This document shows, one piece after another, positions 13,151 through 25,510 of a stretch of 64,000 nucleotides of DNA. The stretch covers positions 39,083,718 to 39,147,717 of the forward strand of contig NC_068998.1 in assembly GCF_001194135.2 (NCBI RefSeq), given 5' to 3'. Origin of the DNA: Octopus bimaculoides (taxonomy: Eukaryota). The notes beneath the pieces were generated by a model. It worked only from the letters and a program-made list of their open reading frames with translations, had not been told where the DNA came from and ran no database searches. Position 1 is the stretch's first letter. Each line of letters begins with the position of its first letter. Made by a program: the position numbers and the translations under genes.

Positions 13151-14523
13151 CGTCTTTCTTCAACGAACTCTAACCTAATTTATACATTTAACATTCCTTG
13201 TATCGTACATAACAAAGTTGTCTTTTACGGGTTTCAGTAGCCGGCGATACAACTAACCTTAGTACATTACTAGTATTTATTTTTATCTGCCTCAAAGAAA
13301 TTTGAACTCACACAAGTGTAGATAATGTGAAGCATTTTCGGTGGTCATCTCTCCTTTCTCACTCGTTCTCTTTCTCTCGCACACAATCAATTGCAATATT
13401 ATTATTCCTCCCTTTCCTCAATCAACAAGGAAGGGCAAGAAATTTGAGATGATTTCAGCATAATAAGCTACGAATTACAGCCCTCCTCCACATGCCCACA
13501 CTTTCTCATATAGAGGCTTGATAGAAGACATATTTAGCACACCTACTTAGCGAGCTCAGATAAGTTACAAGATTGACATGGCTGGGTAGAGAAATTACAA
13601 CTAACTCAGAATACTACTATCATTTTTGGGAGACTACATATTTTTTTCTTTTTTTTCTTTTCACTTTAGGTTTTAGAGTTCAATTCCCGCCAATATCAAT
13701 TTTGTTATTTGTTTCATCAGGCAACATTAATCTCTTACTGAGGGCAATATATTTAGTGTTTGCCATGTTTTCAGGTCATGTCTTGGATTCAGGTGTCAAA
13801 ATTTGCACCTGGGAAGAATTTTTAAAATTCTACTAAAGTCCGGAATTTCAGTTTCCATTACACACACACCAAAGTATGAGTTGAGCGGGGCAACAGAGGT
13901 CCTTGGTAGCTGACCTAGATTCTGACCGTCAGATGCGATACCCGTAATGTTATTCTTTTGTTTTGAGGTCAATCCCGCTGCATATTGACTTACCTTTTCA
14001 GTGTTCATTTCAGTATTGATAAAATAATACATGTAGTGCACTGGATCATTTCTCTATATCCTTCCCATATAAATTTGCGAGAACCAAGTATTTTCTTTTT
14101 CAAAGGTTCACTGGGACTCTATGTAATGGATAGCTTGTAGTTTAGCTGTGGCAATGTACATTGAACTTACGACCAAATTATAAGGGATTCTCTTAATGGT
14201 AAGCCCACCTTGGAGGAAATAGCAACCAAATCGCCCTCAAATTGTTCCTCGTTGTCCTTAAAAGTGTCAGTTGGATGGTGGTGGTGGATCTTCATTCCAA
14301 CATTCTGGTCATATGTACCCTTCAAAGCTGTTTCAAGCATGGCTATCAAGTCCTGTATTTTTTTTTTTTCAGGCATTATCTTCGTGACCTTCGTTTTGAA
14401 AGACCATAAGAGGACCTTTTTTTAATTCTTCCTACCGTCAGACTTTTTAAAAATTTTCTTTTTGAAAATTTGAAAATTTTCTTTTCGAATGGCGAAAATT
14501 AATTTTCCCTCAAAATTAATAAT

Positions 14524-14691
14524 CCTTTCTACTATAGGCACAAGGCTTGAAATTTTGGGAGGTGGGCTCGCTGATTACATCAACTCCTAGGCAAAGTTGA
14601 CCTCGGCGGAATTTGAACTCAGAATGGAAGAAATGCTGCCAAGTATTTTGCCCGGCATGCTAACGATTCTGCCAGCTCGCTGCCTTCCTTG
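14524..14691 (-). mobile_element. SINE family A (internally shortened) with 11-bp TSD
   Basis: aaattaataat at 14513-14523 and 14692-14702; CpGs are retained in the head. Confidence 0.8.
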
Positions 14692-15089
14692 AAATTAATA
14701 ATAAGGAAATTACAAGTTAGAGTAAGGTGTGAACAGAGAAACAGTTTGATACTATTTTTAGCATGTCACTCGAACGTAAAGAGGTCACTTTCTGAATTCC
14801 ACATGTATAATTGTATTTCCTTGAATTGTGGTCATAATATTCATCTTAAATGATTCAGGGAAAAATTTTAGCTCAACTCTGCTAACGTAGTTTCCTCACT
14901 GGTTTCAGATTTATAAAGGAGACAGAATGAAATTGTGTACTGTTCTTTGTCGTAGTCACACATAACATTTCATCTCTTCTCCTTCGAAATTTGAGGAACT
15001 AACTAGTTAAATCTCTGAGTTGGCGACTTGATTTTCATCTCTCATGAAATGTTAAAATACTTTTTAGAGAAAACAATTATCATTTATCT

Positions 15090-15402
15090 TTTACTTGTTT
15101 CAGTCATTGGACTGGGGCCAAGCTAGGGTACCGCCTTGAAGGGTTTAGTCGAACGAATTTACTGCAGTATGTACTTTTTTAAAACCTGGTACTAATTCTG
15201 TGTCTTTTGCCGAACCGCTAAGCAGCAGAGGACGTAGGCAAACCGACATCGGTCATCAATCGGTGACTGGGGACAAACATAACACAGACACACATTTAGA
15301 TACGCACGCTCACACTCATTTAAAGGTGCCACCCGGTGGGACTTGAACGTAAGACCACATGGTTGGGAAGCAAGCTTGTGATCATGCAGCCATACCTGCG
15401 CC
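15090..15402 (-). mobile_element. Composite SINE family B (CORE-like head, microsatellite middle, 3' module)
   Basis: Reversed head ggcgcaggtatggctgcatgatcacaagcttgcttcccaaccatgtgg and reversed tail cagtccaatgactgaaacaagta; related copies at 38275-38610, 40790-41207 and 61268-61840. Confidence 0.7.
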
Positions 15403-15520
15403 TTTTCTCTTAAACGATTTTTAGAGAAAAGAATGATCACTCAATCTCTATTCTACTTCTGTTTTTACTTATCCACAGATTCTTTAAGGAGGCTATTGTT
15501 AAAGTTCACCTTGTTATGTA

Positions 15521-16048
15521 CAGTAATGCCTTGATATACGAGTTAATTTGTTCCTGGAGACCACTTGTAAAGCAGAGCAATAATTTCCCATAGTAACAAT
15601 GTTATAAATCGTAATTCGTTTTCAGAAAAATATTTTACCTGTAAAATTTATAATATTCGTAAATAAATGGCAATAAAACAACAGTAGAATGCAAAGAATA
15701 TTTTATGTAAAGTAAAAATAAGGTCAAGATCATTTGTAATAAAAAATATCATTATTATAATCGTTTTCTGCATCACTTTCGTTCACATTAGACTCGCGCA
15801 CACCATCATTTGTAGACGCGATCGCAGATTCACAAGCAGTCGTAGACGGACTTGTAGAATTCTTTTTAGAAACAAGTCTAGAATTGTTTGCTTAGAAGCT
15901 TTTTTTTTTCGCTCTCTATAAATTTCTTGGTAACACGTTGAAGCATTTGTTATGGTAGTAGAAACTTTTGCACTTTGTTCAAAATTTGGATCTTGTGCTT
16001 GAAAGATAAAACTCGTAAAGCGGTTCCTCGTAAAGCGAGGCATTACTG
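15521..16048 (-). mobile_element. Tigger/pogo deletion derivative retaining the transposase C-terminus
   Basis: TA-flanked TIRs CAGTAATGCCTTGATATACGAG / CTCGTAAAGCGAGGCATTACTG. The minus-strand peptide DPNFEQSAKV...CYQEIYRERKKK...QTILDLF resembles the Tigger1-type transposase C-terminus (recalled). Confidence 0.85.
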
Positions 16049-19000
16049 TATTTGTATTTACGAATGCACTCGATGGACTAGTGAGAGTTGAATATTTTCT
16101 TAACCTTGGACACAGCTTAGAACCTGAGACAAGAGTCAAAATTTTGACAGTAGAGTAAATCAAGTTGATTTTGTTTAAAGTTAGACCAGGGTTTTGTTTA
16201 TTTTAAATTGGTTAAAATTCAAGGAATTTCGACATGTGTATACATGGATTGTGTCTATTGGTATAGGAAAGAGGGAGAAAAGAGAAAATGTTATTTCACT
16301 TTTTTGACTGATGTTTTAGACAGTTTTTTTAGTTCGACTGCATCATATTTTTGACATGTCTAGTTTTCTTTTTTCCCTGACTATGTTCTTGTATTAGTTG
16401 TTTTTTAAAGTTCGTAGCGAAAGTTTTTTTTTCTTGTTTTATTCTTTTTGCTTTTTTTTTTCTTCTAAAAGTCAGTCTGATTCAATGGTGTCAATTGACT
16501 TGAACGACCGCATTATTAATTATATAACTAATTTCATGCTGTTTATTAGACCGCAAAGAATTTCTGAATTGTTTAAAAACTATCCATTTACTCTTTTTCC
16601 TGACTTTAAAAGCCTCACTTTGTAGTTCAAGTGTCATTTCTTCTATTACTGGTCCATTACTGCTTCAACGACTAATATCTGTGTGTGTGTGTGTGTGTGT
16701 GTGTAATCTGTTTATACTGATGAAGTCAATGTATCTAGAATGTTAGAGTTGTTTATAAAGGCAACTCAAAAATGATTGTTATTCACGCTTTGTAATCCCC
16801 TCTCTCTTTCTCTCCCACCTTGATATTTCTAACATCGGATAAAAACCTTCGTTAAAAAGTCTAATCTAAATACCATTTTATCTTTCATTGGCCAGAAAAA
16901 TCCAAAATGTTGAGGACAGTGGGAAAATGAAAAAAAAAATATATAAGAAAAGACTAGTCAGGGAATATACATTAAGTAAAAAGGGGAAATTGGCAATAAC
17001 TATAAAGAAATAAGAAACAATAAAGAATAAGAAAACCAGAAAGAATCTGCTCCCACACCCTGCCAACCCGCAGGCAAGGATTTAAAGCAATTTGGAACAT
17101 CCCACACATAACCCTGTATTATCTTTCTTGACATGTCAAAACAAATTCCCTTTCAAACAGCTTGCTGCCAGCTTACAACCACATGGTTTAAACTAGGCCT
17201 ATTTGACCATAATTATAATAATTGCTGCTAACATAGGTACATGGCATGATTGGTTTATTTTTGTGGGAGGTGATAGTTGATTACATTGACACTAAATAGT
17301 ACTTCATTGGTACTTTATTTTATTGACCCTGGAAGGATGGAAGATAAAACTGGCCTCTACAGGATTTGAACACAAAATGTTTAATAAGACAACTAAATAA
17401 TGTATTACATTTGTATTTCATTCTACAGATTTTGCTATCCATCTAACTTCATAATAGTAATATGTATTAAATGATTTATGAGATTGACACAAAACTTTGA
17501 AGTTTGGAGTTGAAGTACTGTATATTAAATGAACCTCAAAATTTAATTGCTATTTATTCTATCAAATCCTAGCAGAGTGAAAGGTAAGAATTGACCCTGG
17601 AATGTAAAATGTTAGGCATTTTGCCCAACACAAAATGAATTTCACCTTAACTGCCTAATTAGGTATTTAGATCAAGTAAACAGATGAGATCTCCAAACTA
17701 AAACACATTAATAAAGAGACAAAAATAGTAGTAACAGTAAAGAACAAAATAAATACAGGAAAGGATCACCAAAATAGAAAGGAGGGTAAACCACATAGGG
17801 TAATTCAGGGCAAACTACACACTACACAAGGTACCTATGCATTATAGACAACTGTCTTCTTTTCAGTTCTTGTTGCCAGCTGACGGTTGCATAGTTTAGC
17901 TCCTTTCTCTCACACCCATCTTGAATAAAATTTACTAGAGAGCAACAATTTCCTCTTTACCATCACCTTGCTTTTCAAGAGGTACTTAAAGATAACAATT
18001 TGGCCCTAGAGGAAAAGTTTTATCATCCAGTCTTTCAACTGTACTTGTCACAAGGGTAGATTACCTATACATCCTTGACAAAACATAGTGGGTCAATTTT
18101 CACACTATCTTGGCTGATATTTGTATCTCTCCCATATGTTAATACAGCTTTTCAACATAATCCCACAAATCAGCAATGTACAGACACTAAACTTCGGCAT
18201 GCATGTGGGACAGGTTTAGTTGCAGGTAGTTGCACTATGACTATGGCTGTAGAGTTTATTTGAAACTCTACAGGCTAGGCCTCCATGTTGTACTGTTAGG
18301 CCAAGAACTTTGGAAAATTGTCTATAATCCCCAACCTGAAAATCTTCTCAAAGACACTACTCAGGTGTCCTCATCAATGCCCAGAATTGTTCCCAGGCTA
18401 TTGTCACATATATCCTCCACTAACTCTCTCTAGAATGATAGTGTAGCAGGCTCTTGCCAATGTTCCTGAAGCTAACTTTAGTCTGCACTTAACCTAGGGC
18501 TGCAACACAATCAAAGAGACAAGTTGTGGAAAAGCATGTCGATACATAGCAACTACTCCTGTTTACTGCTGTAATTGTTGTCCAGTAATATCTGTATTTT
18601 GGCAAGCTGTGTTCCTAATACAAGCTTCATATAACCAGTATAAAAAATTGCTTTACTAAACTCTGCTCTGAGTTAATGACTGTAGTCATGTGAAGATAGT
18701 TTTTGGTTACATAGAAGACAGCAATAAACTAGTAATATAGTAAATTCAGAAGAGACCACATATAATGTGTGATAAAATGTTTTCTGAAATTTGGCACAAA
18801 GCCATATATATAGAGGAGGCTCATTATTGATTCAATTACCATACGATTGATCAGGAGCTAAACAACATGACTTAATACCTGAGTAAAAAAAAAATGTGTG
18901 AAAATACCATAAAGTTGTGGTTTTAAGGGAAAAAGTAAGACGCTTGTATAAGAGACTTCCTCAAAGTGAATACTGCAGTATTATGGCACTCCTATAATAC

Positions 19001-19094
19001 ATTCACGTTAAGCAGGATATAAAGTTTGCCATTTGGGAATAATACTGCCTCCATTGGCTAATATCTAATGTGGTATCTATAATCCTATTTTTAC

Positions 19095-19291
19095 CGTGTC
19101 TTAGTCAAATGTAATACTTATTTATTCACATTGTGTTGAATTAATCATAAAAAATTGTAGCCGCAAGATTTTAATAATTGTGATTTTAGAATGACATTGT
19201 ATGGTAGACAGCAGGGATCAGATCTGGCCAGTTTGAACATAAAATAGGTAGAATATTTGGGCTGGATAAGACTGGTTTAAATGCTAAAGGA
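19095..19291. mobile_element. piggyBac-type MITE, copy of the 3054-3275 family
   Basis: Colinear similarity to 3070-3275; ends aaatgctaaagga|ttaa. Confidence 0.7.
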
Positions 19292-19574
19292 TTAAAGGTC
19301 TTACTGTCACTAAACTCAATGTTTATTTGCTACACTTGATAGATTAAACACATTCATCATACTCTCTTACATTCTCAAATCCCAGCAGAACCAACTTTAC
19401 TTTGCACCCTTTTGTGTTCAGGAAAATAAATACAACTAGTTGTTTTGCTTCAGGTCAGCTCTGATCAAGCAGATATTGTCTATGGTCAAATGTTTTCCAG
19501 CCATGCCCATCTTGTATTTTTTTTTAGGCAGTGTATTTTGGACTGACACTGACACTCCATTGGTTACAATGACG

Positions 19575-19868
19575 AGGGTTCCAATTTGATCTGATCAACG
19601 GAACAGCCTGCTCGTGAAATTAATGTGCAAGTGGCTGAGCACTCCACAGACATGCATACCCTTAACATAATTCTCATGGAGATTCAGCTTGATACAGAAT
19701 GTGAGAAGGCTGGCACTTTGAAATACATGTAGTATTCATTTTTGCCAGCTGGACTGGAGCTACATGAAATAAAGTGTCTTACTCAAGGATACAATGCGTC
19801 ACTGGGAATTGAACTCACAGTCATAAGGTTGTGAGTCGAATGCCCTAACCACTAAGCCATGCACCTTC
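19575..19868 (-). mobile_element. tRNA-derived SINE family D, near full length
   Basis: Reversed head gaaggtgcatggcttagtggttagggcattcgactcacaaccttatgactgtgagttcaattccc with A- and B-box-like motifs. Confidence 0.7.
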
Positions 19869-20340
19869 ACTATTTAGGACTACATTATCTAAAGTTATCT
19901 TTTTTTTAAGATGGCAAAGTGTGATCTGAGGAATGTTTGACTGTATCTAGCACTCTGAGTGATCGCAAAAAGGCTCCTCTTGAGTCAATTGACTACAAAT
20001 TCATCATCATTACCATCATCACATTAGATAGACAGAATCAGTAGAATGCAAGAGAAAATGCTTTGTGAATTTTAATTATCTCTTTAGCTCTGTGTTCAAA
20101 TCCCACCAAGGTCAGCTATATTTTCTATTCTTCTGCGGTATAGAAATAAGTGCCAGCCAAAAAAGTAATATAATAAACTACACCCCATCTCAATATATAT
20201 GGCCTTTATAAGGTGTTGAGCTGGCAGAATTACTAGTGTGCCAGGCAAAATGCTTAGCAGCATTTCGTCTATCTTGATGTTCTGACTTACCTGCTTCCCC
20301 CAAAATTGCTAGCCTTGTATCAAATTTTGAATCCAATATA

Positions 20341-21558
20341 TTGGGTCATCCCATGAATAATGTAGTTTTTTTATACTTCTTTTATTTTTCAAAATTAAGA
20401 TAAACAAAGTTCTTTTTTTAATCTAAAATATATTCTTCATTTTCTACAATGCTCTTCCATATATCTCGTACACTTGCAAGGCCCCTCTTCCAAAATTCAC
20501 TTGTCCGTGACAAAAAATACTCCTCCAGTACTGTTCTGACCTCATCTACAGAATTCATATTTTTTCCGTCCAAATGATTTTGAAGACTACAAAATAAATG
20601 ATAATCAGATGGGATCCTGTCTGGCGAATATGGCAAGTGGAGCATCGTTTCCCATTCAAACTGCTACAACCATTGAAATGTCATCCTCACTGTATGTAAC
20701 CGATCATTATCCTGATGGAAGGATACCTTTCATCTTAAAACCAAAGATGGTCTTTTTTCTTCTAGCACTGACTCAAGCCACTCAAGCTGCTTGCAGTAGA
20801 TCTCCTTTGTTATCATTGGGTTTGGGTTTAAAAGTTCAAAGAGGACTAAACTTTTTATATCCCACCAAACAGATAACAACACCTTATGTGAGTGAAGACC
20901 TTCTTTAGACTGGGGTGTCAGTGTTTCTCCTTCCCCTACCCAGTCTCTTTGGTGCTTGACATTTTGATAGAGAACCCATTCCTCGTCACTAGTCACTGTT
21001 CGATCCAAAAAAGGTTCATTCATGATATGTGACAGCAAAGAAGAGCACACATTCACTCTCTGTGCGTGATTAGGCTTGCAAAGTTTGTGAGGAACCCATT
21101 GACCCAGCTAGTTCCTCAACAGTTACAATGGGATTTTGTTTTACCAGTGTTTGTAGGATGTCCTCATTGAGCTTGAAAGATCTTCCAAGATGAGGTTTGT
21201 CTTCTAGGCTGTAGTTTCCAGCTTGGAATTTCTGGAAACACTGTTTATATTGGTTTATGCTTATTGTCTGATCCTCATATACTGCATTAATATTCCTTAC
21301 ACTTTCCATTGCATTGTTGACTTTTTTGAACTCATAAAGCAAAATATGCCAAATATGCTCCTTTGTCACTTCCATTATAGCTTTGAAAAAATAACTGTTA
21401 AAATCGAGCTGCACTCTTCAAAACTTGCACTAAAAATAAGAACAATGTAAAATTACTACCTGCTTTTATAGCAAGTTGATGCAGGTAGTTTATCCCGTTC
21501 CCCTCCAACTTTTAATTCATGCAGTTGAAAAAACTGCACTATTTATGGGATGACCCAA
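20341..21558 (-). mobile_element. Full-length decayed mariner transposon (1218 bp)
   Basis: TA-flanked TIRs of about 30 bp, TTGGGTCATCCCAT(G/A)AATA. Frameshifted transposase pieces: HTH region (21070-21414), TSDEEWVLY and KVLLSVWWD (20730-21056), PYSPD..PSDYHLF (20418-20645). Confidence 0.95.
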
Positions 21559-22702
21559 TATAGAGCCTTGTGCCTAAATATAAAATGCTTATCATTGGTC
21601 TGTTAATACAAGCAATTACTATATGGCTGAATGGTTTTAATGGTGACTTCTTAATCACAAGATCCTAGGTTCAGTCCCACTGTAATCATGAACAAGTGTC
21701 TTTTTCCATAGTCTTGGATTGACCCATGCCATGAAACTGGAGAAGAAAACTGAGTGGAAGACCAGCAGAAGGATTGTACCAGTAAGTGAAAAGTCTGGCC
21801 TTGTCATACTGTCACACTGGTTCTGCCTGGTAATTACATTGAGTACACACGTCTGTGGAATATTCAACCACTTACACACTAATTCCATGGACTTTAGAGT
21901 TGATCAAACTACTAAAAACTCATGGTCAGAAATTCTGAGGGCATCCAACTGTAGAAACCATGCCTAAGTAGACAACAGGGCTTGGTCCTGTCTGCCAGTT
22001 CCTGTTGAACCATCTAACCCATGCTACCGTGGAAAACATGTTAAATGATGATACACTACATGCATTTACATACACATGTGTCTGTTCATATTCATTTTGT
22101 GTCCTGTGAGACCCAGAGTTTAATAGCTCAACGAAAGGAGTCAGTAAAGTTAAGTTCCAGACTAAAATAAGTACTGAGATCTGTATGATTGTCTAAACCC
22201 TTGAACATTGTGCCCCAGCATGGCCATATTCCAATGAATGAAACCAACAAAAGAATATCCAAAATTGTAACATGATGTTCACCAAATAATGTGGTAAAAC
22301 TTTGCCAATGTTTAACCTAATAATGTAATAAAAAGTTAACTAATGTCTAGCGTATCTAATCAAACTTTTGTTTACTGAAGTTTTAAATATACGTGTGTGT
22401 GTGTGTGTTTAAAACTTATAATCTTTCTATGAAATAAAACTTGGGGAGAATATATCCTAAATAGTTGGCAACACAGCATGAATATTAAATTGATTATGTA
22501 CAAAGTTTCAGCAGCCTGTCAAATTAACATAAATATGCAAATTAGCTCACCCTGTATGAATTAAGACATATTTTCCATATGTGTATAAAGTGTTTCTTTA
22601 TGCTAAATGAATTCTAATGATAATATAAAACATTAAATGTTGTGCAGCCAGTTCAATATTCAAGCCATGTTGCTGAGAACATATGGTACATCTTCTGACT
22701 TT

Positions 22703-22791
22703 CATTCTATTTAATTCTATAGCAACACTTCATGTTTTAACTATAATTTATAGTTAAAGCATGTAGTGTTGCTATAGAATTAAATAGAATG
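22703..22791. repeat. 89-nt near-perfect palindrome
   Basis: cattctatttaattctatagcaacacttcatgttttaactataa-t-ttatagttaaagcatgtagtgttgctatagaattaaatagaatg; 44-nt arms with 2 mismatches. Confidence 0.95.
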
Positions 22792-23299
22792 TATGTCTAT
22801 ATATTTATACTAACTTTTAATTTCTTTTATCTTACGGTGTTAGTTCCAGCTGTGAACAGCCAGTCTTTTTATTCAGACATACTATATCTCAGACTAATGT
22901 GAGGGACAAACACAAACATACAGATATACATATCTGTCTGTTTGTCTGACTGTCTGTCTGTCTCCAGGTCATCAGAGTCATTCTCTCTTCTCACAGATTT
23001 CAATCACTGTGGCTCATCACCAATTTCATGTAAGACACGTGCCTGTTTAAAGAATTTCATGTTTTTCCGCAATATTTCTAGCCCTAAATGGCTTATTTTT
23101 TTTATATCTAGCACTGTGTCTTTCTCTATTTCTAAGTTAAGGGTAAAAATAAGGCAACCATGCAAAATACAACTGATCTTTACACATAGACGAACAGAAT
23201 AACAGCAATCAAATAACGATAGCGGAGTACACAACAAACATCAGTGATCTGACTGTCGCCTGTACTCTTGACAAGAGATGTCAGTTAGTCTTTTACACC

Positions 23300-23754
23300 T
23301 GTCAGGCTTGTTCATATTATCCCGAGTTGCTGGATAATTTTTTGTTCCTTTAAGAATATTGTAGAACAGAAACTTTTCCTAGATTAGAATTTAAATCCTA
23401 ATCTCTATAGAAATTTATTGATTCAAGAAAACATTGCATTTTGATTACTTTTAATTTTTACGACTCAGGCTGTAACTTCTGAGTGTAAATCAGGGGCATG
23501 TGAACGATGTCAAGAGAACGTCTGCTACAAATGATATTTTTTGACACAGGGTATCTCTAAGACGAGTGCCAGACGCTGAACAAAAATATATAAACTGCGA
23601 CCAGGCTCAATAAAAGGAGCCTGAGTTATTGGCTGCAATTACATTCTTGAAGTCAGTGTTGGCAAAAATTAAATCAGCCTGAAAATACACGTTCATTTCA
23701 CTAAATTTATACTCAGGCTAAGCCTGAACAGCCCAAGTGCCAGAGTCGCCACTG
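23300..23754 (-). mobile_element. Probable hAT-type DNA transposon terminus with subterminal repeats
   Basis: Minus strand begins CAGTGGCGACTCTGGCAC at 23754; CAGGCT/AGCCTG occurs at 23303, 23466, 23602, 23618, 23676, 23714 and 23721. Opposite end not found. Confidence 0.45.
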
Positions 23755-23773
23755 ATATATATATATATATATA

Positions 23774-25040
23774 TTGGGATGGCAAGAAAGTAATTTCATC
23801 TTTGGCAAATAGTTACAATTTTTTTTTAAGACTTTTGTCAATGTTATGATTTTTTTCCTTTTGACATTTGATAGCAATTACTTAGAAGTAAATTGCACAT
23901 AATTTTGTTTACAACTGTTAATTCAGTGTCAGTTTTAACATAGAGTGCAAAAACAAACATTTTTGCCATATTTTGCTTTTTTATTTCCGTAAAGGCAAAA
24001 AAGCTGCTGAAGCTCACAAAGAGATATGTGAAGTTTATGGTGTTGATTGCTTAACAGAACACACATGTCAGAAATGGTTTTAAAAATTCAATTCTGGAGA
24101 TTTTTCACTTGTAGATGACCAATGTTCTGGTCAACCTACTGAAGTTGATGATGACTGAACCGAAGCCATTATTGAATCTGATTGTCATATAACTGTGCAA
24201 GAGATTGCAGAAAGGTTAAATGTATCACACAACAACAACTGAAAATCACTTAAAATGTCTTGGACTTGTTAGGAAGCTTGGTATTTGGGTTCCACATAAA
24301 TTGAAAGAGATTCACTTAACACAACGAATCATTATTTGCGATATGCAACTCAAATGCAATGAAATCGACCTTTTTTTAAATGAATCATCACTGGTGATGA
24401 AAAATGGATTGTCTACAATAACATCAATCAAAAATGATCATGGTCCAAGCATAATGAACCAGCACAAACCACATCAAAAGCTGATTTGCATCAAAAAAAT
24501 GTCATGCTGTCAATTTGGTGGGATTACAAAGGTGTTGTGTATTTTGAACTACTTCCAAGGAACCAAATGATCAATTCAGATGTTTACTGTCAACAACTAA
24601 AGAAACTGGAGGAAACAAAGAAAAACAGCCAGAATTGGCAAATCATAAAGGAATCGTGTTCTTCCATGACAACGCTAGACCACACATGTCTTTGCTAACT
24701 CATGAAAAATTAATGGAGCTTGGTTGGGGAGTGATGTCACATTCACCATATAGCCCTGACCTTGCACCATCAGATTACCATTTATTTCAAAGTTTGCAGA
24801 ATTCTTTGAATGGTAAAGCTTTCAATAATTTTTCCTGTGTTAGCAAAGACATGTGTGGTCTAGCATTGTCATGGAAGAACACAAATTGCACTTGCTTCAG
24901 TTTTTGGCTGATAAGGACCAGAAGTTCTACAAGCGTGGAATCATGAGGTTGCCAGAAAGATGGTAAAAGGTCATCGAACAAAATGGAAAATATATAAATG
25001 ATTAAAGTTCATTCTTTGTATGAAAAAAAATTACTTCTTT
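23774..25040 (+). mobile_element. Decayed mariner transposon
   Basis: Left TIR TA|TTGGGATGGCAAGAAAGTAATT. Transposase pieces HILLFYFRKGKKAAEAHKEICEVYG, WVPHKL, VMLSIWWD, FHDNARPH, PYSPDLAPSDYHLF and KFYKRGIMRLPERW*KVIEQNGKYI. Right TIR eroded (aaattacttc). Confidence 0.93.
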
Positions 25041-25084
25041 TGAATTTGCTGCAGAAAGTAGTCGATGTTTGTGGTGGTGCTAGG

Positions 25085-25138
25085 AATATCACCTGAGTGC
25101 CAGAGGGGGCAGCAACCCGAAAGGTTTGGGAACCACTG
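25085..25138. mobile_element. hAT-Charlie-type terminal fragment
   Basis: aaaggtttgggaaccactg is the reverse complement of CAGTGGTTCCCAAACCTTT, a typical Charlie-type TIR. The partner end is not seen. Confidence 0.5.
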
Positions 25139-25275
25139 ATGTAAACAAATACCACAAGGTATTTTGTTTAATGTGCTACCACTCTGTCATTTAATGTCTA
25201 ACCGATTCCATCAATAATGTACAGGGCCACAAGCATTTGGTAGAATGACTAATGCCAATACACTCAAATTTTTAT

Positions 25276-25510
25276 ATTTGACTCTTTTACGGTTGCAAGC
25301 TGGTAGAATTGTTACCACAGCAGGGAGAATGCTTGGCGGCATTTCTTCTGACTTTAATGTTCTGTGTTCAAATTCCTATGTGGTTTGAAAGACTTTGCCT
25401 TTCATCCTTTCAGAGTTGATGAAATAAGTACCAGTTGAACACTGGGGGTGATGTAATTGGCTTACCCCTTCCCTGAAATTGCTGGCCATGTGCCAAAATT
25501 TGAAACTAGT
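25276..25510 (+). mobile_element. SINE family A, degenerate
   Basis: Head gcaagctggtagaattgttacc, central gactttgcctttcatcctttcagagttgatgaaataagtaccag, tail gtgccaaaatttgaaac. Confidence 0.75.

Noticed and set aside
17860-18620. Non-repetitive-looking stretch that might be an old retroelement ORF
   Set aside because: Frequent stops in all frames and no motif I can identify.
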